A DNA stretch of 64,000 bases. Source: Octopus vulgaris. Its lineage: Eukaryota. The stretch is taken from the NCBI GenBank assembly GCA_951406725.2, contig OX597816.1, positions 163,494,001 through 163,558,000 of the forward strand. Direction: 5' to 3'. Below the pieces are notes generated by a model. The model saw only the letters and a list, made by a program, of their open reading frames with translations. It made no database searches and was not told the DNA's origin. Positions 46,519-59,338 of the stretch are shown here, in pieces; position 1 is the first letter of the stretch; every line of letters starts with the position of its first letter. The position numbers were made by a program, and so were the translations under genes.

Positions 46519-46586
46519 TGTATACACATACATATATATTATACATACATATATATGTATATTTATATGAATGTATATATACATAT

Positions 46587-46879
46587 GTTTGTTCTTTCTC
46601 GAGTCATGCCTGGCTCATAAGGGCCAGTTCCTTGGCGTATAGGTTCCCCACCTGGACGGGACGCCGGTCCGTCGCAGGTGAGCTGCAAGATGCATGAGGA
46701 AAGAGTGAGAGAAAGTTGTGGCGAAAGGGTCAGCTGAAGTTCGCCATTACCTTCTGCAAGAGCCGCGTGTAGCTTAGGTGTTTCGCTCATAAACTCACAC
46801 ATCGCCCGGTCTGAGATTCGAACCCGCGATCCCTCGACCGCGAGTCCGCTACTCTAACCACCAGGCCATGTGCCTCCAC
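46587..46879 (-). mobile_element. SINE family D (head and body shared with C, different 3' tail)
   Basis: tggcctggtggttagagtagcggactcgcgg..ggttcgaatctc; diverges from C after ctctcactcttt. Confidence 0.85.
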
Positions 46880-46915
46880 ATATTTAAATATACACACCCA
46901 CACCCACACCCACTC

Positions 46916-46957
<42 letters not shown>

Positions 46958-46959
46958 TA

Positions 46960-47236
46960 CAATATTGGAAAATGGAGAAACACTTAAATCAATCAAACAT
47001 CAACCATTAGATGATACCCAAACAATACTTTATTACACCATTACATAACAGTAAAGGCATTATACAAAATATATTGTAAATATAATTAGACAAGGAAATA
47101 GAAATATAAAATATAAAATATAATATGTAATTATATCATATCTGACAGCTGTTTCGGCAATAAGTCTTGTTGGGTACCTCTCTAGCAGTATATTGGATAT
47201 ATGTTATCCCATGGTGGGTTGAATTTTCAACCCCTA

Positions 47237-47240
<4 letters not shown>
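46960..47240 (-). mobile_element. Penelope-like terminal remnant inside (TA)n
   Basis: Minus strand gccGAAACAGCTGTCaga (palindromic hammerhead helix III half); flanked by (TA)n on both sides. Confidence 0.5.
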
Positions 47241-47281
<41 letters not shown>

Positions 47282-47407
47282 TTTATATTATATATATTTA
47301 TATATGGTTATATATATATATATATATGAATGCCACATATGTATATATAATATATATATATATATATATACACTCACACATATATACATATATATGCGTG
47401 TGTGTGT

Positions 47408-47640
47408 GACATTTCTGTAGCCATCAACCACTCCTCTCTTATGCCTTCCATCCACTCCTACCTCAACTATTCCTACTCCTGCACTACCCACACTAAACTG
47501 TGTATCGTCTATTTTCATTTCCCCCATCCACTTCGTCGTCTCTTTAGTAACGATCGCGACTTCAAGACTCAATCCCAATTCTTGGCTCGTTACGTCACCC
47601 AAGAAGGACGTCATGTCACCCAACAAGGATACCTCCACCC
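47408..47640 (+). pseudogene. Penelope-like reverse transcriptase C-terminal fragment
   Basis: DISVAINHSSLMPSIHSYLNYSYSCTTHTKLCIVY..LRRLFSNDRDFKTQ resembles the PLE motif YL.Y.S.HP.H.K.SIPYSQFLRLRR.CS...F. Confidence 0.7.
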
Positions 47641-47944
47641 ACTGTTATCCAGGCTGCCCTCGCCTGTATTCTGTCTGTTGATGAGGTGTCCACCTTCTCT
47701 CTCTGCAACGTCTCACCCTTACCCAATCCTCCTGATCTATCATTCCTCTACCCTACTCCCTCCAACGCACTATTTTCGCGCTTTCTATCAGCTCTTATAC
47801 AACCCCTCTATTTTGTTCTAAATTCCAATTTTTGCCTTTCATCTTTTCGGGGTCGATAAAATAAGTACGACTTGAATACTATGATGGATACAATTGACTT
47901 GCATTCTTCCCCTAAACCGATGTACTACTGGCAAAATTTGAAAT

Positions 47945-48378
47945 ACTCTTTTACTCTTTTACTTGTTTCAGTCATTTGACGGCGGCCATGCTGGAGCACC
48001 GCCTTTAGTCGAGAAAATCGACCCCAGGACTTATTGTGTGTGAGCCTAGTACTTATTCTATCGGCTCTCTTTTGCCGAACCGATAGGCTACGTGAACTTA
48101 AACACACCAGCTTCGATTCTCAAGCGATGTTGGGGTGGACAAGCACAGACACACAAACACACACATATACATATACATATATACGAAGGGCTTCTTTCAG
48201 TTTCGGTCTACCAAATCCACTCACAAGGCTTTGGTTGGCCCGAGGCTATAGTAGAAGACACTTGCCCAAAGTGCCACGCAGTGGGACTGAACCCGGAACC
48301 ATGTGGTTCGTAAGCAAGCTACTTACCACACAGCCATACCTGCGACTATATGCTTACCACACAGCCACTCCTGCGCCT
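47945..48378 (-). mobile_element. SINE family A
   Basis: Reverse complement of the A consensus; small duplication of the head. Confidence 0.92.
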
Positions 48379-48494
48379 ATCATTTTTATTATTACATACA
48401 CATATTATCTAAGAACCATTAATCTCGAAGCATACAGACCTTTCAATAATGGGGTGTAAATATTGGGTTAAAATCCTTTTGAATAGAAAAATAC

Positions 48495-48571
48495 GAAGCC
48501 TGACCGTGGGAATTGAACCCACATCTACTCTAAACATGACAAGCGTTCTATCATTTGGCCAAAGCAAGCTT
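48495..48571 (-). pseudogene. tRNA-like remnant or SINE head
   Basis: tggccaaatgatagaacgc...gtgggttcaattcccac (A box, T arm); no intact cloverleaf. Confidence 0.5.
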
Positions 48572-48685
48572 TCGAATTTATATATATGTATATGCATGTA
48601 TGTGTGTGTATATGTGTATATATATGTTTATATATATAAGTGTGTGTGTGTGAAAGAGAGAGAGAAGGTTGAGTTCCATTTGCTT

Positions 48686-49026
48686 TCGCGGTCGGAGGAT
48701 CGCGGTTTCGATTCCCAGACCGGGCATTGTGAGTGTTTATTGAGCGAAAACACCTAAAGTTCCACGAGGCTCCGGCAGGGATGGTGGTAATCCCTGCTGT
48801 ACTCTTTCACCACAACTTTCTTTTACTCTTACTTCCTGTTTCTGTTGTACCTGTATTTCAAAGGGCCGGCCTTGTCACTCTCTGTGTCACGCTGAATATC
48901 CCCGAGAACTACGTTAAGGGTGTCTGTGGAGTGCTCAGCCACTTACACGTTATTTTCACGAGCAGGCTGTTCCGTTGATTCGGATCAACCGGAACCCTCA
49001 TCGTCGTAACCGACGGAGTGCTTCCA
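48686..49026 (+). mobile_element. SINE family C, 5'-truncated
   Basis: Near identical to 54551-54894. Confidence 0.93.
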
Positions 49027-49101
49027 TCTTAGCATAAGGATAATATGTATATTTATACTAATGTGTCCATCTGTTCTAATTTAATTAAATACTATGTCTT
49101 T

Positions 49102-49188
49102 GTGCAGCTGAAGATTGCTCTGCATTTAAATTGATGTAATGATTGTATTGTTCAATTAAATGGAGTGGCATGAAACGATCGTAGTGCA
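49102..49188 (+). ncRNA. Type I hammerhead ribozyme motif with long helix II, in a Penelope-like remnant (about 49030-49317)
   Basis: GTGCAG-CTGAAGA-[catttaaattga...tcaattaaatg stem]-GAAA-CGATCG-TA-GTGCA. Confidence 0.65.
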
Positions 49189-49332
49189 TTACCTCAGGAT
49201 ATCCTTGTTACTTATTTTGATTTTAATCACCTTACTTTGAAATTGTATGGATAATACCGTACTAAATTCTGGTGCCTCAACTTAAGTACCTTATTCATCT
49301 GAATCTAAATATTTGCTATATATATATATATA

Positions 49333-50035
49333 TCTTTATATATATAAAACTGAGAATGTCTGTCTGTCTGTCTGTTTCCCTAAAACTTGAGAACTACACA
49401 ACCAATTTCATTCAAATTTTACACATGTATTTTCATGGGCAAAAAAAATGTTCAACTTCTTGCCTAGAGCGAGCCCATAGCAATATCATATCTTCTCCAC
49501 TATTTCAGTATTATGTATTAAAAGTGAAACAAAAATATTTCTCTATTTTATGTCAGATGCTTTCACTTTAACAATAAAAATAATAATAACAATTGAATTA
49601 TATGTAGTAAGTAATAATTAAAATCAAACTAAAGTATAATATAATCGTAACATACAAAAGTAAAAATAGCAATTGGTATAAAATTGCATCAATGATTTGA
49701 ACTTGAATAAGTGGTTTCACATGAATAGGAATAAATTACAAATAAAATTAGCGTGCAGAAATGGAATAGTCCGGATGGATAATAAAAAATTAAATTAAAG
49801 AAAAGACTATTGTCTATAAAGTATACAATGTAGAGAAAAAAGAAGAGCTAACAATTCCAGTCTGTTATATATTTTGAGTATTGTTATCACTAGCGATATC
49901 AAAATATAACTTTGTATTTTGTATTTTATGTGTAGATGTATATATATAGATGTACGTGTAATATGTACACATATATATACACATATATACATGCACTAGC
50001 ACTATGACCCGGCAACGACGGGTCTTTAATGCTAG
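49333..50035 (+). mobile_element. Non-autonomous Helitron
   Basis: A|TC start (tctttatatatataaaa, then (tctg)n); hairpin gacccg..cgggtc; CTAG|T end. Confidence 0.8.
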
Positions 50036-50064
50036 TATATATATAAAGAGAGAGATTAAGATAA

Positions 50065-50202
<138 letters not shown>

Positions 50203-50710
50203 GGTGTAAGAGAGAGGGAAACGAATGAACGATCTATTGTCACATTGTAAAAAGCCATGAGTTGTATCTCTACGTTGAAAAGATCATCGCTGGAGGACTT
50301 TTCAAGACCTGAAAAACTGTGAAAGAACGTAAAACTCAACATTACATTAATCATCATACACACAATAGTTTATCAAAGGAAAGAATGAAATATAGAGAGG
50401 AGAAGACAGAGGGAGGGACAGACAGACACACAGAGACACAGACAGCCAGACAGCAGCTATAAAAACTGGCTGTGACAGAAAAAGCTATCCCTGAGTTCAA
50501 GAGATAAGAGAAGGCTCAGAGGACTAACCTCTAATGACAGGAAGTAGACCAATACTTTGTTATTGAAGAATTTCACTACAAGCAATGGAAGGGAAGGGGA
50601 AAAAAAACCCATTTATTCCCCCCCTCCCTGACATATCATTAGGATGTTTCTAAAAGAATCCGGAATTTACGCCAGGGCCTTTCTCGAACATACATACATA
50701 CATACATACA

Positions 50711-50821
<111 letters not shown>

Positions 50822-51541
50822 GCTTATATATATAATGTGTGTGGATTAGGCATGCAGGCATGTATTTATAAATAATAATGTTAGTGAAAGAAAGAAATGT
50901 TTTGAATTCTACAAAGAATACGAGTGATGACAATTTCTTGCAGTATTTTATCTTCACGGATGAATCAAGATTATTCCTTCTCGTCAGATGACCATCAATG
51001 ATGTGTGAAAACAACAACAACAACAACAACAGCAGCAACGAATAAAAGCTTTGGCGAATATTGCCAACGAACGACAGAATCTTCAGGACCTGGTGCTATG
51101 GCGGTGTAGAAATGTATGCTTTCACAAGTCAAAGATACTGGCGTGTGCAGGTTTTTCGGAAAACATAAATATGTCACAATATTGATAGTCTGACAAAGAA
51201 ACGATGAGAGGGTTTCTCTGTCCACATTCAGTCTGCTGGAAATAACAGTTAAGTCGCACTAAAATCATAACTGAACAATATGAAAGATGTACTGGGTTTC
51301 TTCAGTGATCTGACATCCCTGTCATAAAATATTATTCGTTGTACTCGGAGTTTCAGCACAAGTTCACACATCTTTTGATGCCCCTCATTACTGAATATTA
51401 AAACTTACAAATGAAGAAAGCAAAATACAAAATGGCAAATGACAACAGTGGATTAACCGTTAAGCAAAGGTAAGCACGTGCTTAAGGCATCAAAGAGATG
51501 GGAGGGGCACCACAGAAGTGGTAAACGGTTTACGGCACAAA

Positions 51542-51775
51542 GAAGGCGGCGAGCTGGCAGAATTGTTAACGCGCCATGCGAAATGCTTAGAGGTATTTCG
51601 TCTGCCGCTACGTTCTGAGTTCAAATTCCGCCGAGGTCGACTTTGCCTTTCATCCTTTCGGGGTCGATAAATTAAGTACCAGTTACGCACTGGGGTCGAT
51701 ATAATCGACTTAATACCTATATCTTAATACCTATGTCCTCTCTGTGTTTAGCCCCTTGTGGGTAATAAAGAAATG
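51542..51775 (+). mobile_element. SINE family B, full monomer with 15-bp TSD
   Basis: TSD ggtttacggcacaaa at 51527-51541 and 51776-51790. Confidence 0.93.
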
Positions 51776-51945
51776 GGTTTACGGCACAAAAGAAATCATT
51801 TTAAACTTGCTAAAATAATATTCGAAAGGGTTTATATGATTAGAAATATAATTTCGAAATGTTCGTGATGTCATAGGGAAGATGTGACCAAAGACTCAGC
51901 AATTTAAAAAGAAAAGTTGGAGAAAGCTTTTCAAATATAAATAAA

Positions 51946-52630
51946 GGCGTAGGAATGGCTGTGTGGTAAGTAGCTTGCTAACCAACCACATGGTTCCGGG
52001 TTCAGTCCCACTGCGTGGCACCTTCGGCAAGTGTCTTCTAATATAGCGTCGGGCCGACCAAAGCCTTGTGAGTGGATTTGGTTGACGGAACCTGAAAGAA
52101 GTCGTCGTATATATGTGTGTGACCGCGTGTGTACCGTTGGCGATTTTCTTTCTCCGTCTTCCCTTCCTTGGATCTTTCCTTTTCCTATGTTTCTGACGAA
52201 GAGCTCCGCTCGAAACGTTGAACCCTCCTTCTTCCCTTCCTTCCTGAGCATCCAATAATACTATATTTGTTCCACGTCCTCGCGTTGTTGTGTTTTCTCT
52301 TTGTGTTTTCATGTTTGGATTAACTATATATATATATATATATATAGATATATATATATACATATATATATACATATATATACATATGTATGTATGTATG
52401 TATGTGTGTGTATAAGTTTTTGTGTCTGTGTTTGTTCCCCCAACATCGCTTGACAACCGATGCTGGTGTGTTTATATTTCCGTAACTTAGCGGTTTGGCA
52501 AAACAGACCAATATAATAAGTACTGGGCTTACAAAGAATAACTCCAGGGGTTGATTTTCTCGACTAAAGGCGGTGCTCCAGCATGGCCAGAGTCAGATGG
52601 CTGAAACAAGTAAAAGAGTAACAGAGTAAA
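51946..52630 (+). mobile_element. SINE family A with a Penelope-like remnant (52118-52324) inserted in its internal microsatellite
   Basis: A 5' half, then the insert matching 6300-6504, then A 3' half. Confidence 0.9.
52189..52223 (+). ncRNA. Minimal type I hammerhead ribozyme motif
   Basis: GTTT-CTGACGA-A-GAGC(TCC)GCTC-GAAA-CGTT-GAAC. Confidence 0.65.
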
Positions 52631-52919
52631 GTGGAATTACATTAAAAAAATCACAACATAAACGTTATTTTTCCATCTACCTGTTAGTTTTCTTTCGTTT
52701 AGGAAAATAGAAATCTATTTTATGGTTCATTATTGTTTATATTTTGAATTATATATATACACGAGGGAATCAAAATATTTTAAGAGTTTAGGGCCTTTAT
52801 GGATTTTAATCCTGATGACAAGTACAAACACTTCCTGCATACTGACCGAGTCTTATGTTAGCTAGCCTTGTGCCACTATCCGAAATCAATGATGGTCTCA
52901 AATTCTGGCACAAAGCCAG

Positions 52920-53530
52920 TAAAAAGTAAGTAATGTTTTGAAACATGAAAGTCATCACAATATATTTCAACAATGCGAAAATTTTATTCATCAATGTAAA
53001 TACCATTACAATCAACATATTTTTGCCAACGAGTTACAAGTTTATTTATTCTGGTAACATGAAAATCTGGAGTTCTGGAGCTGATGAACTCTTTGAATGC
53101 GCTTTCAGCATCGGTTTGATTTTTAAACTCATTCTCTCGCAGGAAACCATCAAGCTTCTTTAAAAAGTGGTAGTCGGTAGGAGAAAGGTCTGGGGTTATA
53201 ACCTGGGTGGGAATAACTTCGTAGCCAAGTTCTTTCTACTTCTGGAGTGTGGTTAGTGAAACGTGTGGTCGAGCATTGTCATGAAGAATGATTAGCCCTT
53301 TTCTGTTAACCAACCTGGGACGGAGGAGTAGCAGCTTTTCGTTCATTTTGGCAATTCCATGGCAACATGTTTCTGCAGTAATGGTTTTTCCGGCTTTTAA
53401 GAAGTTATGATGTATGAGTCCAGCAGTACACCACCAAACAGTCACCAGAACCTTCTTTTTGAAGAGCTAGATTTTAGGGAAGGTTTTCGGTGCTTCATTT
53501 TCGTCCAGTCACTGCGAAGGGCAAATTTTT
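52920..53530 (-). pseudogene. Mariner transposase remnant (catalytic C-terminal half)
   Basis: TVWW..G.IH..FL...TITAE / IILHDNARPH / YNPDLSPTDYHFF / LVTRWQK; contains stops and frameshifts. Confidence 0.93.
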
Positions 53531-53689
53531 TTTATTAATGTACAAAATCCACTTTTGTACAATAGTGTTTTGTACAATAGAATGGATTTACGTGGATCTT
53601 TCTCAATGACAGTCTTTAATCGTTTAAATCATTTTCGAGCTGACCACTCACTGGTCATATCCACACCAAACGTTTCGTTGCCTTTTTAT

Positions 53690-54133
53690 TGCCTATTACA
53701 TCGAGGATAGTGTTAAAGTCTCCTAACACAACTAATGGACGTGATGTGCCTCGAAACTTCTCCAAATCTCGCTAATAATCATTCTGACTCGAATTGGGTG
53801 CATAAACAGCGACCAGTCTGATTTCCTTACCACAACAGAACGTCAGGTCTAAAACGACCTGCCTACCTTCTGGATCAGAAAAAATTAACTTTTTCTCTGC
53901 AACTCGGTATCTTTTAAGTAGTAACAACACCCACCCACCCCCGGCCGACCTGGAGAAACGAATTTCTCGTAGCCTTTCAGGAGCGGGGGCAGATCTCTTG
54001 GCCCTTTTAACCGAGTTTCAGTAGCAACAATAACATCTAAATATTGTGATCTGACGTCATTTAGGAAACGCTCTTGTTTCCAGCTCGACGCCAGGCCACG
54101 CACATTTATGCATCCATAAACGGGAACAGCCAT
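53690..54133 (-). pseudogene. L1/Tx1-like LINE ORF2 APE endonuclease fragment
   Basis: GCINVRGL / LDVIVATETRL / DPEGRQVVLD / RLVAVYAPN / LVVLGDFNTILD, across a frameshift and a stop. Confidence 0.88.
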
Positions 54134-54550
54134 AAGAAGACATTCCTTTCAATCGGTGTCTGGAGATGGGTTTCCCCCACGCACACACACGCTTCCTCTT
54201 TTTTTTCTGGGCTTGTGGCGTCGGAGAGATGAGGCCCTTGTATATATATGCGGAAATACTCATCCTGACAGAGCCAACATCTTTTCTAAAATCGTTCCAA
54301 AGAATTTAATACATTTTAATGTTTGTTTTGTGAATATCAAATCCTTCTATTTTTTGTTCTACTTTCTCTATTTTCTCAATGTGCAAAGTTGCCGAAGGGT
54401 TCGCCAGATCTCTATTTGAGACGCGAAACGCCATGTAGCAAATGTCTTCTTTTTTTTTTTTCTTTCTTGCTTTCTAACCTTTTTATAATTTCGTGGTTCC
54501 ATCATTTCCTTTGCTTTTACTGGGTAACAAAAAAGTACTACATCCAGTGA

Positions 54551-54894
54551 GGAGGCGCAGTGGTTAGGGCAGCGGACTCGCGGTCGTAGGATCGTGGTTT
54601 CGATTCCCAGACCGGGCATTGTGAGTGTTTATTGAGCGAAAACACCTAAAGCTCCACGAGGCTCCGGCAGGGATGGTGGTGATCCCTGCTGTACTCTTTC
54701 ACCACAACTTTCTCTCACTCTTACTTCCTGTTTCTGTTGTACCTGTATTTCAAAGGGCCGGCCTTGTCACTCTCTGTGTCACGCTGAATATCCCCGAGAA
54801 CTACGTTAAGGGTACACGTGTCTGTGGAGTGCTCAGCCACTTACACGTTAATTTCACGAGCAGGCTGTTCCGTAACCGAGGGAGTGCTTCCACT
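54551..54894 (+). mobile_element. SINE family C with 13-bp TSD
   Basis: TSD ctacatccagtga at 54538-54550 and 54895-54907. Confidence 0.93.
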
Positions 54895-55238
54895 CTACAT
54901 CCAGTGAACAATAAATACCATTTAATATACAGTTTTTTTTAATGTTCTGAGTTCAAATTCGAGTTTGCCATTGCCTTTCATCCTTTCAGTGTCGATAAAA
55001 TAAGTACCCATTGAGCTCTGGTGTCGAAGTACTCGACTTATCCCTACCCCGAAAGTATTGTCCCTGAGCCAAAATTTGAAATCAATATAAACAGTATTTA
55101 AATACGAGCTACAAATACTTTCATACTGAGGAAACACAACAAATCGTCAGATTTATATATCATGCCTTGTGCCTTCATGCCTAATGAAAGACATATAGAC
55201 AAGTCGACAGACGGATAGAAAGATAGATAGACGGATAT

Positions 55239-55703
55239 GATTCTTTATTAGCTACACAGGGCTGCACACAGACAGGACAAAATACAAGGTAGAGCTTTTC
55301 TTTTGGGGGTAAAAGAAGGGGGTTTGGTTTTCGAGCAAAAGGAATCGTAAATGGAAAGAAAGGGGGGATAAAATAAAAAAATTTTTAAAGGGGGGGGTGA
55401 GGGGAAAAAAGGGGAGGTGAGGAAAAAAAAGGGGAAAGGAAAATAATTTGATCAATAGGGATCGTTATCACAGAAGTCAATATGAAGTGTAAAGCAGAGG
55501 ACAGGTGAGGTTTACCCGTGGAAAGAAAAGCCTGCGGAAAAGACCACGGTAACATCGGTCAATGAAGTCACATGTTATATTTCTTTTTTTTTTTTTTGCA
55601 AATAAGCAACTCTCTGTATTAATGTTTACGGTTCATAGAATCATAGTCAAGGTGGCTTCGTCATTCATACGTGCCATCCTTGCTACATTCACCCATCTTT
55701 TTT
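55239..55703 (-). mobile_element. L1/Tx1-like LINE 3' end (probable ORF2 terminus + 3'UTR) bounded by (GATA)n
   Basis: Minus strand [22 protein letters not shown], then the UTR shared with 22985-23347. Confidence 0.75.
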
Positions 55704-55754
55704 AGGTAGATAGATAGGTAGATGGATAGATAAGTAGATAGATGGATATATAGG

Positions 55755-55926
<172 letters not shown>

Positions 55927-56726
55927 CAAACAGATAGACAGACGAGCGGACGGTGGGACGGATGGATGAATGTGTTTCTATGTGTATGGAAGTGTGTCTG
56001 TGCTTGTTGCGTGAGAGTCGTAAATGCATAGGGGATAATAAAGATAGATATACAAAGATGTATCAAGGTTATATCGGTCTTATAATTTATAAAAATTCAA
56101 TCAATTTTGTTTGTTACTTAATATCATTAATGCCTTAGACATTATATTTAACCGCAATTTTAATATTACGTTTTATATACTTTATTGTTGTTACTTCATG
56201 TTGAGATGATAGGCGTTTTGGACGCAAATTAGTTCTTCACTACATAACTTGCGGCACCGCTTGTTACCTTCAAAACCATCTTTTGTTACTGAAGTACCCA
56301 CACTCAGCAGAAATTTTAACTAATCACGTTCATGCTTATATTGATATTACCATTTTTCTAATATTTTAATATTGCAGTCTGTTTTATGAATTTCATCAGG
56401 ATATTTAATTGTTCTCTGTTATATATTAAAAATATGAAATAATTAAATTATCAATATATTTCTAATATATCTACGTGCGTTTTAATATTGAGCCGTTGTA
56501 AAGTAACTACTACGTTATCACATCACCAAAAACTGGAGCCTTAAACTTTCACCCCTAAATATACACACACAAACGTAGAAAGTCCGAGTGGCAGCGAAAA
56601 GAGGAACTTTGAAATATATGTACACAAATACAGGCACGTGTTTGTGCTCACACATACTTGCATATACATGCGTGCATAAATGCAAATACGCAAATATATG
56701 TAATACAAGCATATGTATATATGCAA

Positions 56727-56777
<51 letters not shown>

Positions 56778-57077
56778 TGAATATATGTATGTTTATGTAT
56801 GGATGGGTATATATATGTATGTATGAATGGATGAGTATATATATGTATGTATATATACATATATGTATGTAAATATATATATATACACATATACATATAT
56901 ATGTATATATGTATATATGTATGTATATATGTATATATATATATGTATATATATATATTTATGTATATATATATATTTATATATATGCATATATATATAT
57001 ATTTGAGTAGTTGAATGAATTATCTTATTAAGGATAATTCGGTTAACCGATACCTGGGTAGCAAATTCACATATAGG

Positions 57078-57114
<37 letters not shown>

Positions 57115-57155
57115 CAAGTGTATTCTATACGAAGAATGGATGTCATCTATGAGCA

Positions 57156-57206
<51 letters not shown>

Positions 57207-57222
57207 TATGTATATATATATA

Positions 57223-58087
57223 TTGGGTCATCCCATAAATAATGCAGTTTTTTCAACTGCATGAACTAAATGTCGGAGGACTATGGGATAAACTACCTGC
57301 ATAAACTTACTATAAAAGCAGGTTGTAATTTTACCTTGTCCTTATTCTTAGTGCAAGTTTTAAGGAGTTCAGTTCAATTTTAACAGTTTCTTTTTTAAAG
57401 CTATGAGTTCAATAAAGACAACAACGCAATGGAAAGCGTGAGGAATATTAATGCAGTAAAATGGGGACCGGACAATAAGTGTAAGCCAGAATCAACGGTT
57501 ATTCCGAGAGGGAAACTACAGCCTAGAAGATGAGCGTCCGGGAAGATCTGTAGAGCTCGACGAGGAAGTCCTGCAAAATCTGGTGGAACAAAATCCCATC
57601 GCGACTGTTGAGGAACTAGCAGAAAAGCTTGGATTTTGTCTTTCAACCAGTCATTCAAGAAGCGCTAGAAGAAAATCGACCATCTTTGCTTTCAAGACGA
57701 AAGGTGTTCTTCCATCAGGACAATGCTCGGCTAGATACAGCGGGGATGACATTCCAAAGGCTGGAGTTGCTTGAATAGAAAACGATATCCCATCCACTGT
57801 ATTCGCCAGCCATTGCCCCATCTGATTATCATTTATTCCGCAGGTTTCAAAATCATTTTGGGCGGGAAAAATATGAATTCTGTAAACGAAGTCTGAATAG
57901 TAATGGAAGAGTATTTTTCGTCACGGACAAGTAAATTTTGGAAGAGGGGCTTTGCAAATCTTCTGATAGATGGAAAAGCATTGTATAAAAGGAAGGAGAG
58001 TATAGTTTAGATTAAGAAAGAACTTTGTTTATCTTAATTTTGAAAAATGAAAATGTGAAAAGACGCATCATTTATGGGATGACCCAA
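57223..58087 (+). mobile_element. Internally deleted mariner element with both TIRs
   Basis: TIRs ttgggtcatcccataaat(a/g)atgc; left TA; EQNPIATVEELAEKLG, FHQDNAR, HPLYSPAIAPSDYHLFR. Confidence 0.93.
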
Positions 58088-58518
58088 CGCCAGGTCACGC
58101 ATAAGTATAAAGTGATAATTTACGTAATATTTGCGGTTTTAAACATTAGAATAGCACTTCCTCAGACTTGCTTCAAAGCTGCACTCTTACATTGGGCATC
58201 TGTCAGATTTTGCGTTTTGCTTATATCAGGAGGAAACAAAAGGAAATAAAGATGAACATGTGAAAATAGACTGAGGGCAATTATTTGTCCTCCATCTTTT
58301 CACGCTCCATTCGCTTCCTCAAATGTTATGATTTGGCATTTCACATCATGACATCTGAGGAAGTGAACGGACCGTAGGATTATTATTATATATTTTCATT
58401 AAATTATGCCATGTGTTACATAATATTGCATGAATTGCACAGCATTTTATGAGATACGGAATAAATAACATCGTCCGTTTACGGAAACAATTGTAATGTC
58501 AAGTTGACTTCCCCGTGA

Positions 58519-59125
58519 AGCGGCGAGCTGACAGAAACGTTAGTAAGCCGGACGAAATGCTTAGCAGTATTTCTCCCGTTGCTACATTCTCAGTTCAAAT
58601 TCCGCCGAGGTCGACTTTGCTTTTTATCGTTTCGGAGTCGATAAATTAAATACCATTTACGCACTGGGGTCGATGTAATCGACTTAATCCGTTTGTCTGT
58701 CCTTGTTTGGCCCCTATATGTTTAGCCCCTTGTGGGTAATAAAGAAACAGGTATTTCGTCAGCCGAAGGCGGCGAGCTGGCAGAATCGTTAGCACGCCGA
58801 GCGAAATGCTTAGCGGGTATTTCGTCTGGTGCTACGTTCTGAGTTCAAATTCCGCCGAGGTCGACTTTGCCTTTCATCCTTTCGGGGTGGATTAAATAAG
58901 TATCAGTTACGCACTGGGGTCGGTATAATCGACTTAATCCGTTTGCCTGTCCTTGTTTGTACCCTCTGTGTGTAGCCCCTTGTGGGCAGTAAAGAAATAG
59001 GTATTTCTAAGCTTTTCATCGTTTTGGAGTCGATAAATTAAGTACCAATTGCGTACTGGGGTCGATCTAATCGACTGGCCCCCTCCCAAAAAATGTCGGG
59101 CCTTGTTCCTAGAGTAGAAAAGAAT
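58519..59125 (+). mobile_element. Head-to-tail array of family B SINE units
   Basis: Two monomers plus a third core with the alternative tail; junctions at aaagaaa(c/t)aggtatttc. Confidence 0.9.
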
Positions 59126-59338
59126 TTGACTTCCCCATTTAAATTATTACTTTTGTTTTTCACTCTGCGGGGCTTATACTAAGCCTGCTGAATCTTACTT
59201 TGGAATTGTGCAATGCTTTCTTTAATACTAATCGAAGTTTTACGGATCTCCTTTTGCTAGCCAAGATCCTGCATGACGTACTAATGACACAATAACCAGG
59301 ATTATAATTATTCCCTCAATGTATTATATATACGTATA

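Noticed and set aside
53690-55703. APE fragment and Tx1-like 3' end as one LINE copy
   Set aside because: On the minus strand the 3'UTR lies upstream of the endonuclease, so they are not collinear
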